Origin: Chloroflexota bacterium
GTDB taxonomy: Bacteria > Chloroflexota > Dehalococcoidia > UBA2979
DNA: 54,991 nucleotides
NCBI GenBank assembly: GCA_027622315.1
Contig: JAQBZW010000002.1
Coordinates: 1-54,991 of the forward strand
Reading direction: 5' to 3'
The notes beneath the pieces were generated by a model. That model was not told where the DNA came from and made no database searches. It saw nothing but the letters and a program-made list of their open reading frames with translations. The translations under genes and the position numbers were made by a program. Position 1 is the stretch's first letter. Each line of letters begins with the position of its first letter. Positions 39,922 through 48,750 of the stretch are shown in pieces.

Positions 39922-42900
39922 ATGCTGCGATTCCGTTCACTTCCCGTACTCGCCGTCCGTCGCATGGCCGGTAACTGGCGCCTGCTCACGAGTGTCGTGA
40001 TCGGGACGATCGTGGCGGCCGCGATCATCTCTGCGACGGCAATCTACTCGGACGCGATTCGCGACCTCGGACTCCGCTTCGCGCTCGAACAGCGCGAACC
40101 GACCGCAATCGATGTGCGCGTCACGCAGAGCAACATCCCGGTCGGGGCCGCGAGCTACGGCAGCTCGCGTACGCGCACCGATCGTGCGCTCAACGCCGCG
40201 CTGGGGCCCGCGACAAGCGGGCTCGTGCGCCAGGGGCGGAGCGCGACGTTCTTCCCGGCCCCGGAGGGTCAGCGGCCGAACCTGCAGGACAGCGGCCGTG
40301 ATCGAGCGAACATCTACTTCCGTTCGGAGATCGATGAGCACACCGCGATCGTGAGCGGCGTCGCGCCGCCGGTCACGGTGGACGCCAGCGGCGGGCCGAT
40401 CCCCGTCGCGATCGGAGCGGCGACCGCTGCGCTGAAGGGCCTCGCCCTCGGCGACCGGCTGGACCTGTACCCGTTCTGGGACGAGAAGTCGCCGCCGGTG
40501 CCGGTGGAGATCGTGGGCTTCATCCGTGCGCTCGACACTGACGAGCGCTACTGGGGCGGCGAGCCGGATGTCGTGGATGCGCGGGTGCGGTCGTGGGACA
40601 CGCTCAACCTGCTGGTGCCGGAGGGCACGTTCTTCGGCGCGATGGTGCAGTACATCCCGTCGGCATCGGGGGACTTCACCAGCATCTACGGCGTGGTCAA
40701 CGAGGCACTGAACTCGCGTAACGCCCTCCCGATCGCGCGCAACATCGGGCGACTCGAGAGTGTGCTCTCCTCGACGGAGACGCGAGCACGGGTCTCGACG
40801 GAGCTCAGCGACGTCCTCATCACGTACGACCAGAAGCTCTTCTTCACGCGCATCCCGTTGCTCGTGCTGCTACTCCAGATCGCCGGCATCGTCGCCTACT
40901 ACCTCGTGATGGTCTCGACGATGCTGGTCGAGCGGCAGGCCGCGGAGATCGCGACGCTCCGCAGCCGCGGCGCGACCACGGGACAACTCCTCATCCAGTA
41001 CGGCGTGGAGGGCGGGATCCTCGCGGTGGTGGCGGCGGCCATCGGCCCACCGCTGGCCGCGGGCGTGATCTCGGCGCTCGGCCCGACACCGGCGTTTTCA
41101 GCGCTGTCCGGGGGCGGCGCGCTCGAGGTGCACATCTCCCGCGTCTCGTACCTGCTCGCCGTGGCCGGCGCGCTGATCGGCTTCGCAGCGCTCATGATCC
41201 CCGCGTGGCGCGCCACGCGTACGACCATGGTCGAGTTCAAGCGCGCGACGGCCCGTCCGCGGCCGACCCCGACATTCCTCCGTTACTACCTCGACGTCGC
41301 ACTCGTGCTGCTCGTGGGGCTGGTCTTCTGGCGGCTCTCGCAGGAGGAGCAACTCTTCACGGAGTCGCTGTTCGGCGACCAGCGCGCCGATCCGTTCTTA
41401 CTCACCACACCGGCAGTGTTCATGCTCACCGTCGGCATTGTGTTCCTGCGGCTGTTCCCGCTCGTGCTTCGCGGTTTCGCGTGGGTGCTGGGGCTGACGA
41501 AGAGCGTCGCGGTGCTCGTCGGCATGCGTTCGCTGGTGCGTAACCCGTCCCACTACACGCGACTGATCCTGCTACTGATGTTCGCGACGGGCATCGGCAT
41601 GTTCGGCGCGACTTTCTCGGCGACACTCGACCGCTCGTATGCGGATCGAGCGGCGTTCGCGGTGGGAGCGGACGTGCGCGCCGCGGGGCTGCGCTCCCTC
41701 GGCGAGGTCGGCGACGAGGCGTTCATCGCGGCAATCGACGCCATCCCGGCGGATGAAGCCTCGCCAGTCGCGCGCGCGACCGGGCGCATCGTCTCGACCG
41801 AACTGATCGGCCTCGATGTGATCGGGATCGAGCCGGAGTCGTTCGCCCGCGTGGGCTACTTCCGAGACGACTTCGCCGCCGAGCCGCTCAGTCAGATCCT
41901 GGCGACGCTCGGACCCAGCGACACGCGCCTCGAGGGCATTCCCATGCCACCGGAGGCACGCCAGTTCGGCGTCTGGCTGAAGTTCCCCGACATTCGCGGT
42001 CCCGTCTCGATCGTGCTCGACCTGCGCGACGAAACCGGCCGCACGGCGAACGTCGGCATTGGCTTCGCGCGGCCGGGTGATGTGTCGACCGAGCAATGGC
42101 GCTTCTTCGCCGCCGATCTCGAAGAGCCGGTCACGCGCTTCGGTTCGCCGACGCGCGGCGGCGCGCTCACGCCGCCACTCACGCTGCACGGCATCCACCT
42201 CTGGAGCAGCAGTCGGATCGCGTTGCAGCGCGGCAACTTCATGATCGGCCCCGCCTTCACGACGACGGATGCGCCGATTGCGGACGCGGAATCGGACACG
42301 GGACCGGTCGTGGAGTCGGCGGCGCCCTTTGGCGGCGCGACGTTCTTCCACGATTTCGACGCGCCCGCCTTCGAGGTGATCCCCGACCTCACCCCCGCCA
42401 CACTCCCGGACAGCGCGCGCATGCAGACATCCGATACGCCTCCGGGTGCCGGCGGAGCGGTCTCGTACGCATGGACGGACGTCGGGCGATCGCCGCAGAT
42501 CCGCGGCCTGCGGACTACCACGCCGGTGGAGCCGCTACAGATCTATCTCGGCCGCGAGGCGGCGAACACGCTCGGCATCGCAACCGGTCGCTTCGTCACG
42601 CTCGCGATTAGCGGCCGCTTCCTGCCGGGCCAGATCGCGGGTGTGATCGAGCTCTTCCCCACGCACGACCCGACGCGAACCGGCGAGTCGTTCGCCCTCG
42701 TCAACGGGAACCGGCTGCTGACGGCGGTGAACGCCTCCCCGAGCGAGAGCCCGCTGCGCTACAAGGAGGCCTGGTTCGCATCCTCAGATCCGGTGGCGAC
42801 ACACGAGGCGATCGACGAGGCCATCGACGCGCAGACGGTGACCGACGCCTTCACCGAGCGACTCATCCAGCAACAGGACCCGCTGGTAGCAGCCGGCTGG

Positions 42901-43320
42901 TCCGGCATCCTCGCGATCTCGTTCGGTGCGGTGCTCTTGCTCTCGGCGATCGGGTTCGTGGTCTATTCGTACCTGACCGCGCAGGAGCGCAGCCTCGAGT
43001 TCGCGATCCTGCGCACGCTTGGCTTCTCGCGACCACAGATCTTTGCGCAGGTCGTGTTCGAACACTTCCTGGTGATCGCGGCAGGGATGGGGTTGGGGAC
43101 GCTCGTCGGCCTCCAGATCGGCCGCTATATGATGGAGTTCCTCGCCACCGACGAACGCGGACTCAGCGTCTTCCCGCCGTTCCTGCTCGCCGTTTCATGG
43201 CCGGAGGTGTTTCTCGTGTGGGGCATTCTGGGCACGGTGTTCGTTGTGACCATTTCGGCGGTGGTGCTACTGTACTTCCGCCTCGCGGTCCATCGAGCGC
43301 TCCGGATTGGTGACGTCTAG
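39922..43320 (+). CDS. Giant ABC transporter permease with two FtsX/DUF214 modules and two large extracytoplasmic domains
   Basis: 1132 aa. It has an FtsX-type N-terminus (LAVRRMAGNWRLLTSVVIGTIVAAAI). The first FtsX module is around aa 320-460 (LVERQAAEIATLRSRGATTGQLLIQYGVEG). The second is around aa 1010-1132 (ERSLEFAILRTLGFSRPQIFAQVVFEH). There are about 10 TM segments, with soluble inserts of about 280 and about 415 aa. Confidence 0.85.
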   Translation: MLRFRSLPVLAVRRMAGNWRLLTSVVIGTIVAAAIISATAIYSDAIRDLGLRFALEQREPTAIDVRVTQSNIPVGAASYGSSRTRTDRALNAALGPATSGLVRQGRSATFFPAPEGQRPNLQDSGRDRANIYFRSEIDEHTAIVSGVAPPVTVDASGGPIPVAIGAATAALKGLALGDRLDLYPFWDEKSPPVPVEIVGFIRALDTDERYWGGEPDVVDARVRSWDTLNLLVPEGTFFGAMVQYIPSASGDFTSIYGVVNEALNSRNALPIARNIGRLESVLSSTETRARVSTELSDVLITYDQKLFFTRIPLLVLLLQIAGIVAYYLVMVSTMLVERQAAEIATLRSRGATTGQLLIQYGVEGGILAVVAAAIGPPLAAGVISALGPTPAFSALSGGGALEVHISRVSYLLAVAGALIGFAALMIPAWRATRTTMVEFKRATARPRPTPTFLRYYLDVALVLLVGLVFWRLSQEEQLFTESLFGDQRADPFLLTTPAVFMLTVGIVFLRLFPLVLRGFAWVLGLTKSVAVLVGMRSLVRNPSHYTRLILLLMFATGIGMFGATFSATLDRSYADRAAFAVGADVRAAGLRSLGEVGDEAFIAAIDAIPADEASPVARATGRIVSTELIGLDVIGIEPESFARVGYFRDDFAAEPLSQILATLGPSDTRLEGIPMPPEARQFGVWLKFPDIRGPVSIVLDLRDETGRTANVGIGFARPGDVSTEQWRFFAADLEEPVTRFGSPTRGGALTPPLTLHGIHLWSSSRIALQRGNFMIGPAFTTTDAPIADAESDTGPVVESAAPFGGATFFHDFDAPAFEVIPDLTPATLPDSARMQTSDTPPGAGGAVSYAWTDVGRSPQIRGLRTTTPVEPLQIYLGREAANTLGIATGRFVTLAISGRFLPGQIAGVIELFPTHDPTRTGESFALVNGNRLLTAVNASPSESPLRYKEAWFASSDPVATHEAIDEAIDAQTVTDAFTERLIQQQDPLVAAGWSGILAISFGAVLLLSAIGFVVYSYLTAQERSLEFAILRTLGFSRPQIFAQVVFEHFLVIAAGMGLGTLVGLQIGRYMMEFLATDERGLSVFPPFLLAVSWPEVFLVWGILGTVFVVTISAVVLLYFRLAVHRALRIGDV

Positions 43321-43323
43321 CGG

Positions 43324-44253
43324 ATGGTGAGCCACACGCGCGAGCCAGCACCCGCGGCGGTCCGGGCCTACATCCATTCCGAAGACCTCTTCAAGATCTA
43401 CAAGACCGAAGAACTGGAAGTCGTCGCGCTGCGAGGGCTCGACCTGCAGGTCGAACGCGGCGAGATGATGGCGATCGTCGGCGCCTCCGGCTCGGGCAAG
43501 TCCACGCTGCTGAACATCCTCGCGGGACTCGATACACCCTCCGCCGGAAAGATCTTCGTCGGCGCGCGCGATCTGCTCACCACGACCGACGACGATCTCG
43601 TGCGCTACCGGCGACAGGAGGTGGGCTTCGTCTGGCAACAGACCGGCCGCAACCTGATCCCCTACCTGACCTCGCAGCAGAACGTCGAAGTGCCGATGAT
43701 CCTCGAGGGCGCGACCCGCAAGCAGGCGCGCCGACGCGCCGAGCACCTGCTCGAGCAGGTCGGGTTGCTGCCGAAGCGCCGCAATCGGCCGGAGCAGTTG
43801 TCGGGCGGTGAGCAGCAGCGCGTCGCGATCGCCGTCGCGCTGTCCAACGACCCGCCGCTCCTGCTTGCCGACGAACCCACGGGCGAGCTCGACAGCCAGA
43901 CGGCGGACGAGGTGTTCAGTGTGTTCCGCCAGCTCAACGAGGAGACCGGGGTGACGATCGTGATCGTGACGCACGACCGCTCGATCACACAGCGCGTCGA
44001 CCGTGTGGTCGCCATGCGCGACGGCCGCACGAGCACCGAGCTCGTGCGCCACATGGCGTTCTCGCGCGGCCAGGGCGAGGTGATCGAAGAGTTCGCCGTC
44101 GTGGACCGCAGCGGGCGACTGCAGATTCCGCGCGAGATGGTCGACGCGCTCGGCATCGGCTCGCGCGCGCGGCTCGACCTGTCCGAGGATCACGTGGAGG
44201 TGCGCCCGGAGCATCCGCCCGAGAGCGACGGCCCACGCTGGAAGCGACGATGA
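43324..44253 (+). CDS. ABC transporter ATP-binding protein (MacB/LolD-like) with an AbrB/SpoVT-like C-terminal extension
   Basis: GASGSGKST, LSGGEQQRVAIA, LLLADEPTGELD and VTHD, followed by a tail of about 75 aa containing AVVDRSGRLQIPREMVDALGIGSRARLDLSEDHVEVRP. It starts 3 nt after the permease stop. Confidence 0.88.
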   Translation: MVSHTREPAPAAVRAYIHSEDLFKIYKTEELEVVALRGLDLQVERGEMMAIVGASGSGKSTLLNILAGLDTPSAGKIFVGARDLLTTTDDDLVRYRRQEVGFVWQQTGRNLIPYLTSQQNVEVPMILEGATRKQARRRAEHLLEQVGLLPKRRNRPEQLSGGEQQRVAIAVALSNDPPLLLADEPTGELDSQTADEVFSVFRQLNEETGVTIVIVTHDRSITQRVDRVVAMRDGRTSTELVRHMAFSRGQGEVIEEFAVVDRSGRLQIPREMVDALGIGSRARLDLSEDHVEVRPEHPPESDGPRWKRR

Positions 44254-45053
44254 CGGCGGCCCGCACGCAGCCCGCGCCGGCCGGTCCCGCCGTCGACGTG
44301 CGCGACGTCAGTCGCACGTTTCGGCTCGGCAGCACAGAGGTCCATGCCGTCAGGCACGCCTCGCTCGAAGTGACCCGCGGTGAGTTCCTCGCGATCGTGG
44401 GGCGTTCTGGCTCCGGCAAGACGACGCTGCTCAACATCATCGCCGGCCTCGACCAGCCCGACAGCGGCCAGGTCTTCCTCGAGGGTCACGAGATCTCACG
44501 CTATGGCGACCGCGAGCTGACCGAGCTGCGACGACACACGGTGGGCTTCGTCTTCCAGTCGTTCGGGCTGCTGCCGTTGCTCTCGGCGGCCGAGAACGTG
44601 GAGCTGGCGCTGCGCATCGCGGGCGCCGGCGTGCGCGAGCGCGGGGAGCGCACGCGCGAGCTGCTCGAGCTCGTCGGGCTCACGCCCCGCTCCAACCACC
44701 GCCCGTACGAGCTCTCCGGTGGCGAGCAGCAGCGCGTCGCGGTCGCGCGCGCGCTGGCGAACAGCCCCAAGATCGTGATCGCCGACGAGCCGACCGGCGA
44801 ACTCGACTCTACAACCGGGGCGCAGATCTTCCAGCTGTTGCGCGAAGTGTCGGCGCAGGGCGTCACCGTGATCACCGCAACGCACGACCCGTTCGTCATC
44901 GAGCACGTCGATCGTGTGCTCGAGATGTCCGACGGGGAGATGCTTCCGGAGGGTCAGGGTGTCGTCGTTGCGCAGTCCGGACGCGCCCGATCCGGCCCCG
45001 CGGCGCGCGAGCGAGCGCAGACGTCGCCGCCGGGGTCACCCGCGCGACCGTAA
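44250..45053 (+). CDS. ABC transporter ATP-binding protein (MacB/LolD-like), second and distinct ATPase
   Basis: GRSGSGKTT, LSGGEQQRVAVARAL, IVIADEPTGELD and ATHD. It has an ATGA overlap with the preceding ATPase gene and a low-complexity C-terminal tail. Confidence 0.88.
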   Translation: MTAARTQPAPAGPAVDVRDVSRTFRLGSTEVHAVRHASLEVTRGEFLAIVGRSGSGKTTLLNIIAGLDQPDSGQVFLEGHEISRYGDRELTELRRHTVGFVFQSFGLLPLLSAAENVELALRIAGAGVRERGERTRELLELVGLTPRSNHRPYELSGGEQQRVAVARALANSPKIVIADEPTGELDSTTGAQIFQLLREVSAQGVTVITATHDPFVIEHVDRVLEMSDGEMLPEGQGVVVAQSGRARSGPAARERAQTSPPGSPARP

Positions 45054-45059
45054 CCGCCC

Positions 45060-45638
45060 ATGGCGCGCATCCTCCACCTCGTCGCCGCCCGCCTGAAGCC
45101 GGATGCCGACCCCGAGCGTCGCGACCACGCGATCGCGCTCGCACACGCGCTCCGCGACGTGCCGGGCGTGCAACGCGTGATCGTCGCCGCCTCTGAGCAG
45201 CGCCTGATCGCAGCCACGTGGCTGCCAGATCGGGCCGCACTCGAGCCGTTCGCCGCCTCGCCGCCACACATGCACTTCATCATGCGCGGCCTGGCACCGG
45301 TCATCGCCGACATGTGGAGCGCGTCCGTGGAAACGGACGGCGATCCGGCCGAGACGCCATCGGCGCTCTGGGTGTTCGCGCTCGGGGCGAGCGAGGTGTT
45401 CGAGTGGCGGGTCCGCGACCTGCTGCGGGGCGTCGAGGATCTCCCCGGCAGCGCGGCCACGGGCCCGACGGTCGAAGAGCGGGAACGCTATCGCGCCGGC
45501 GGCATCGTCGGTCTCGACTTCGCCGAGGTCGGCCCGTTCGAATCCGCGCTCGCGAGCGCGCGGCGGGAGTGGGCCGGCATCGCCGACGCGATCGAGGAGG
45601 CGTCGGCGCCGGTGTCGCATCCGCCGGGTGCCGCGTGA
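45060..45638 (+). CDS. Dabb (stress-responsive alpha/beta barrel)-like protein, possibly a tandem repeat
   Basis: The N-terminal 95 aa (ILHLVAARLKPDADPERRDHAIALAHALRDVPGVQRVIVAAS...FAASPPHMHFI...) fit the Dabb pattern. The second half is of similar length. 192 aa. Confidence 0.5.
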   Translation: MARILHLVAARLKPDADPERRDHAIALAHALRDVPGVQRVIVAASEQRLIAATWLPDRAALEPFAASPPHMHFIMRGLAPVIADMWSASVETDGDPAETPSALWVFALGASEVFEWRVRDLLRGVEDLPGSAATGPTVEERERYRAGGIVGLDFAEVGPFESALASARREWAGIADAIEEASAPVSHPPGAA

Positions 45639-46261
45639 GCGACCGGCGTCAGCACCGCCTGAGTTCCTCGCGCACCCGTCCGGCACGGCGGCGCCGTGCG
45701 TTGCCGCCGCGCGATCCGCGTCGCGAGCAACGACGGAAGCGACAGCTCGGCCGGTGGACGCTGATCAGCGGCATCCTCGTGGCCATCTCCGTGATTGCAG
45801 GCGCGCTGCTCAGCCGCAACCGCGGGTCCGACGCGCCGGTGGTCCCGCCTCCGGTCGCCACGCTGCACGCGGCCGACGCCGCCACGCTCACGCTCGTGGA
45901 CGTGCGCAATGTGCTAGACGGCGACACGCTGGACGTCAACGCGGCTTCGACACGGCTGCGGGTGCGCCTCTTCGGCGTGGACGCGCCGGAAGTCGGCGAG
46001 CCATGCGCGAACGAGGCGACGGCGCGCCTGGCGGCGCTCGCCGGCGATGCCGTGCTGTTGCGCACGGACGTGCGTCAGCAGGATCCCTTCGGGCGCGAGC
46101 TCCGCTACGTCTACACGCTCGATGGCGGCTCAATCGACGCGACGCTCGTGGCAGAGGGCCTCGCGCTCGCCTGGCGTGCCGATGGCGCGCTGCGCGACGC
46201 GCTGGTCACGATCGAGGAAGAAGCACATGCCGCCGGTCGCGGCTGTCTGTGGAGGGAGTAG
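45635..46261 (+). CDS. Membrane-anchored thermonuclease (SNase-like) family protein
   Basis: It has an Arg-rich N-terminus, a TM segment (WTLISGILVAISVIAGALL), then SNase motifs VLDGDTL, RVRLFGVDAPE and DPFGRELRYVY. The GTG at 45635 overlaps the upstream TGA (GTGA). Confidence 0.8.
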   Translation: MSDRRQHRLSSSRTRPARRRRALPPRDPRREQRRKRQLGRWTLISGILVAISVIAGALLSRNRGSDAPVVPPPVATLHAADAATLTLVDVRNVLDGDTLDVNAASTRLRVRLFGVDAPEVGEPCANEATARLAALAGDAVLLRTDVRQQDPFGRELRYVYTLDGGSIDATLVAEGLALAWRADGALRDALVTIEEEAHAAGRGCLWRE

Positions 46262-46282
46262 GCCGAGGGGGGAGAGGGGCCA

Positions 46283-47053
46283 CTACGGTTCGAGCTTGAA
46301 GACGATGTCGCCGTTGTCCCACTGCACGACCTGGTGCGGAGGCGCGGCGTTCACCCAGGCCGTACGCACCGCGCGGCCGTTGCGGAGCAGCAAGCGCCAC
46401 GTGTCGAACTCCCCGGCGGGCACCGTGATCGTCTGGCGGAGCGGCACGCGGATGTTCACGGTCTGCTGACTGCGCTCGATCGGGTTCACCGAGATGTATT
46501 GCTGCTCGAACTCTTCCCTGAAGGCCAGCGTGCGCCACAGCCAGAGCGCGCTCTCGTTGTCGTAGTAGTGGTCGCGCAGGCGCACCTCCCGCTCGCTCCG
46601 GTCTTCACCATCGATCCGCGTGGACGTCATGGCCGCGCGACCCTCGTCGTCCGCGCCGTAGCTCCACTCGAAGCGCAGGCGCGCGCGTGCGCCGTTGGCG
46701 GCGCGCTCATCGATCAGGCGCGAGCCGCCGACCGGCTTCAACGTCGCGGCGTCAACGCGGACGGCGACGATATCGGTGGTGGGCGCGGCGCCGGCCGGCG
46801 GGTCGGCTTCGACATAGCGCTGTTCCAGCACGAACGTGCCGCCGTCGGCGCGGACCGATAGGTCGCCGTAGCCGATCACCTCACCGAGATCGTTATGTAG
46901 CGAGTAGCGCAGTGACTCGCCGTCCGCGAACGGGATCGCGCCCGCGACATCGGCGATCGGCCCGCTCGAGGCGGGCGTCGTGCAGGCGACCGCGAAGCTG
47001 GTGAGGAACAGAACCAGGGCAACGCCGAAGCGGGAACGCCGGCGGTGCCTCAC
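46283..47053 (-). CDS. Hypothetical lipoprotein (possibly DUF3108-like)
   Basis: It has a signal peptide with a lipobox (VALVLFLTSFAVAC) and a beta-rich body. Its GTG start overlaps the ltaE stop (GTGA). Confidence 0.6.
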   Translation of the reverse strand: MRHRRRSRFGVALVLFLTSFAVACTTPASSGPIADVAGAIPFADGESLRYSLHNDLGEVIGYGDLSVRADGGTFVLEQRYVEADPPAGAAPTTDIVAVRVDAATLKPVGGSRLIDERAANGARARLRFEWSYGADDEGRAAMTSTRIDGEDRSEREVRLRDHYYDNESALWLWRTLAFREEFEQQYISVNPIERSQQTVNIRVPLRQTITVPAGEFDTWRLLLRNGRAVRTAWVNAAPPHQVVQWDNGDIVFKLEP

Positions 47054-48108
47054 CGCGACGCGCTCGCCGGCGGCGCGGCCGTCAGCACGGCGCGAATGCG
47101 TTCCACGGCTGTGTCGATCTGGGCGGCGCTCACGTCCAGGTGTGTGACCATCCGCATGCGCTGCGGCCCCATCCCGCTGCAGAGCACGCCGGCCGTGGCG
47201 AGGCGCGCGCGGAAGTCCGGGCCATCGATGCCCTCGACATCGAAGAAGACCATGTTCGTCTCGACGCTCGCCGCGTCGAGGCGCACGTGGGGCGCACCGG
47301 CGATGCCGGCGGCGAGCCGGCGGGCGTTCGCGTGATCGTCGGCGAGGCGGTCGACGTGATGCTCGAGGGCGTACAGCGCGGCGGCGGCAATGACGCCGGC
47401 CTGGCGCATGCCGCCCCCCACCTGCCGGCGAATCACCCGCGCGCGATCGATGAACTCGCGGGGTCCGGTGAGCACGGAGCCGACGGGCGCGCCGAGCGCC
47501 TTCGAGAAGCAGAACGACACCGTGTCGGCGGAGGCGACGAGCGTCGCCGCGTCGGTCTCGAGGGCGACGGCTGCGTTGAAGATACGCGCGCCGTCGACGT
47601 GTACGGCGGCACCGGCGCCGTGCGCGACGTCCGCGACCGCGCGCATCTCGCGCTCGGGGATCGCCGCGCCGCCGCAGCGGTTCTGCGTGTTCTCGAGACA
47701 GACGAGCGCGGTACGCGGTGCACCCGGCGGCCGCAACGCGGCCCGCACGTCACCCGGCGTGATCCGGCCCCGCGCGTCGTTTGGCACCGTGCGCAGTGAG
47801 ATGCCGCCGAGCGCCGGCGCGCCGGCCGCTTCGTGGTGCAGGATGTGTGCCTCGGAGCCCACGATCGCCTCGTCGCCGCGTCCGCAGTGCGTCAGCAGCG
47901 CGACCAGGTTGGCCATCGTGCCGCTTGGAACGTAGAGGGCTGCGTCCTTGCCGATGCGCGCGGCGGCCGCGCGCTCGAGCGCGATCACCGTGGGGTCGTC
48001 ACCCAGCACATCGTCCCCCACCTCGGCGGAGGCGATCGCCTGTCGCATCGCCTCGGTGGGTCGCGTGACGGTATCCGAGCGCAGATCGATAGCGTCCGTC
48101 TGGGCCAC
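47050..48108 (-). CDS. ltaE: Low-specificity L-threonine aldolase (PLP-dependent)
   Basis: [57 protein letters not shown]. 352 aa. Confidence 0.88.
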   Translation of the reverse strand: MAQTDAIDLRSDTVTRPTEAMRQAIASAEVGDDVLGDDPTVIALERAAAARIGKDAALYVPSGTMANLVALLTHCGRGDEAIVGSEAHILHHEAAGAPALGGISLRTVPNDARGRITPGDVRAALRPPGAPRTALVCLENTQNRCGGAAIPEREMRAVADVAHGAGAAVHVDGARIFNAAVALETDAATLVASADTVSFCFSKALGAPVGSVLTGPREFIDRARVIRRQVGGGMRQAGVIAAAALYALEHHVDRLADDHANARRLAAGIAGAPHVRLDAASVETNMVFFDVEGIDGPDFRARLATAGVLCSGMGPQRMRMVTHLDVSAAQIDTAVERIRAVLTAAPPASASR

Positions 48109-48228
48109 GGTTCGTCTCCGAAGTGTGGGATGGGATCAGTTGCCGAGCTCGCGGGCGAGCGTAGCAGAGGTCCGGCTCAGCATCTCCCGCAAGGGCGCGC
48201 CGGATCGGGCACGCCTCGCTCGCCGCCC

Positions 48229-48675
48229 TCAGTCGTCGCGCTCGCGCTCCCAGATCGTCTCGTAGCCCTCGCCGCCGCGAATCGCGGCGACCACGTCCGA
48301 CCGTTCGAAGCGCTGCGCCTCGGCGAACGCGCGACCGACCTCGCTGCCGGCATGCTCGCCGCCGACGCCGACGAGCCGCTGCTCCAGCCGGTCCCAGACG
48401 CCGAGATCCTTCATCGACTGCACACCGCGCGGCCACTGAAAGACCGTGATCTGCTCGGGCAGCGGCAGTCCAGGCCGCTCCTTCTGCAGGAAGCGGTAGC
48501 GCTCCTCGGCGGAGGAGGCCGGCGGCACGACGCGAATGAACGGTTCGCCCGCCTCATCCGGCCGCGCGTCGACCAGCAGTCGCTGATCGATCAGCCCGAA
48601 GCGCACGACGAAGACATCCGCCTCTTCGATCACGCGGATGATGGCATCGATGTCGATCCCGAAGTCGGCGTCCAT
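48229..48675 (-). CDS. Hypothetical protein
   Basis: 148 aa from the ATG at 48675 ([26 protein letters not shown]...). The composition is balanced and protein-like (K/E/D/F/W/Y present), unlike the Arg/Ala-rich junk frames. I recognised no family. Confidence 0.55.
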   Translation of the reverse strand: MDADFGIDIDAIIRVIEEADVFVVRFGLIDQRLLVDARPDEAGEPFIRVVPPASSAEERYRFLQKERPGLPLPEQITVFQWPRGVQSMKDLGVWDRLEQRLVGVGGEHAGSEVGRAFAEAQRFERSDVVAAIRGGEGYETIWERERDD

Positions 48676-48750
48676 GGCTATCAGTCTAGCAACGGCTACG
48701 CGACAGTCGACCGGATCGAGGCCCACGACGCCGTCTGCCGGCGCGAGTCC

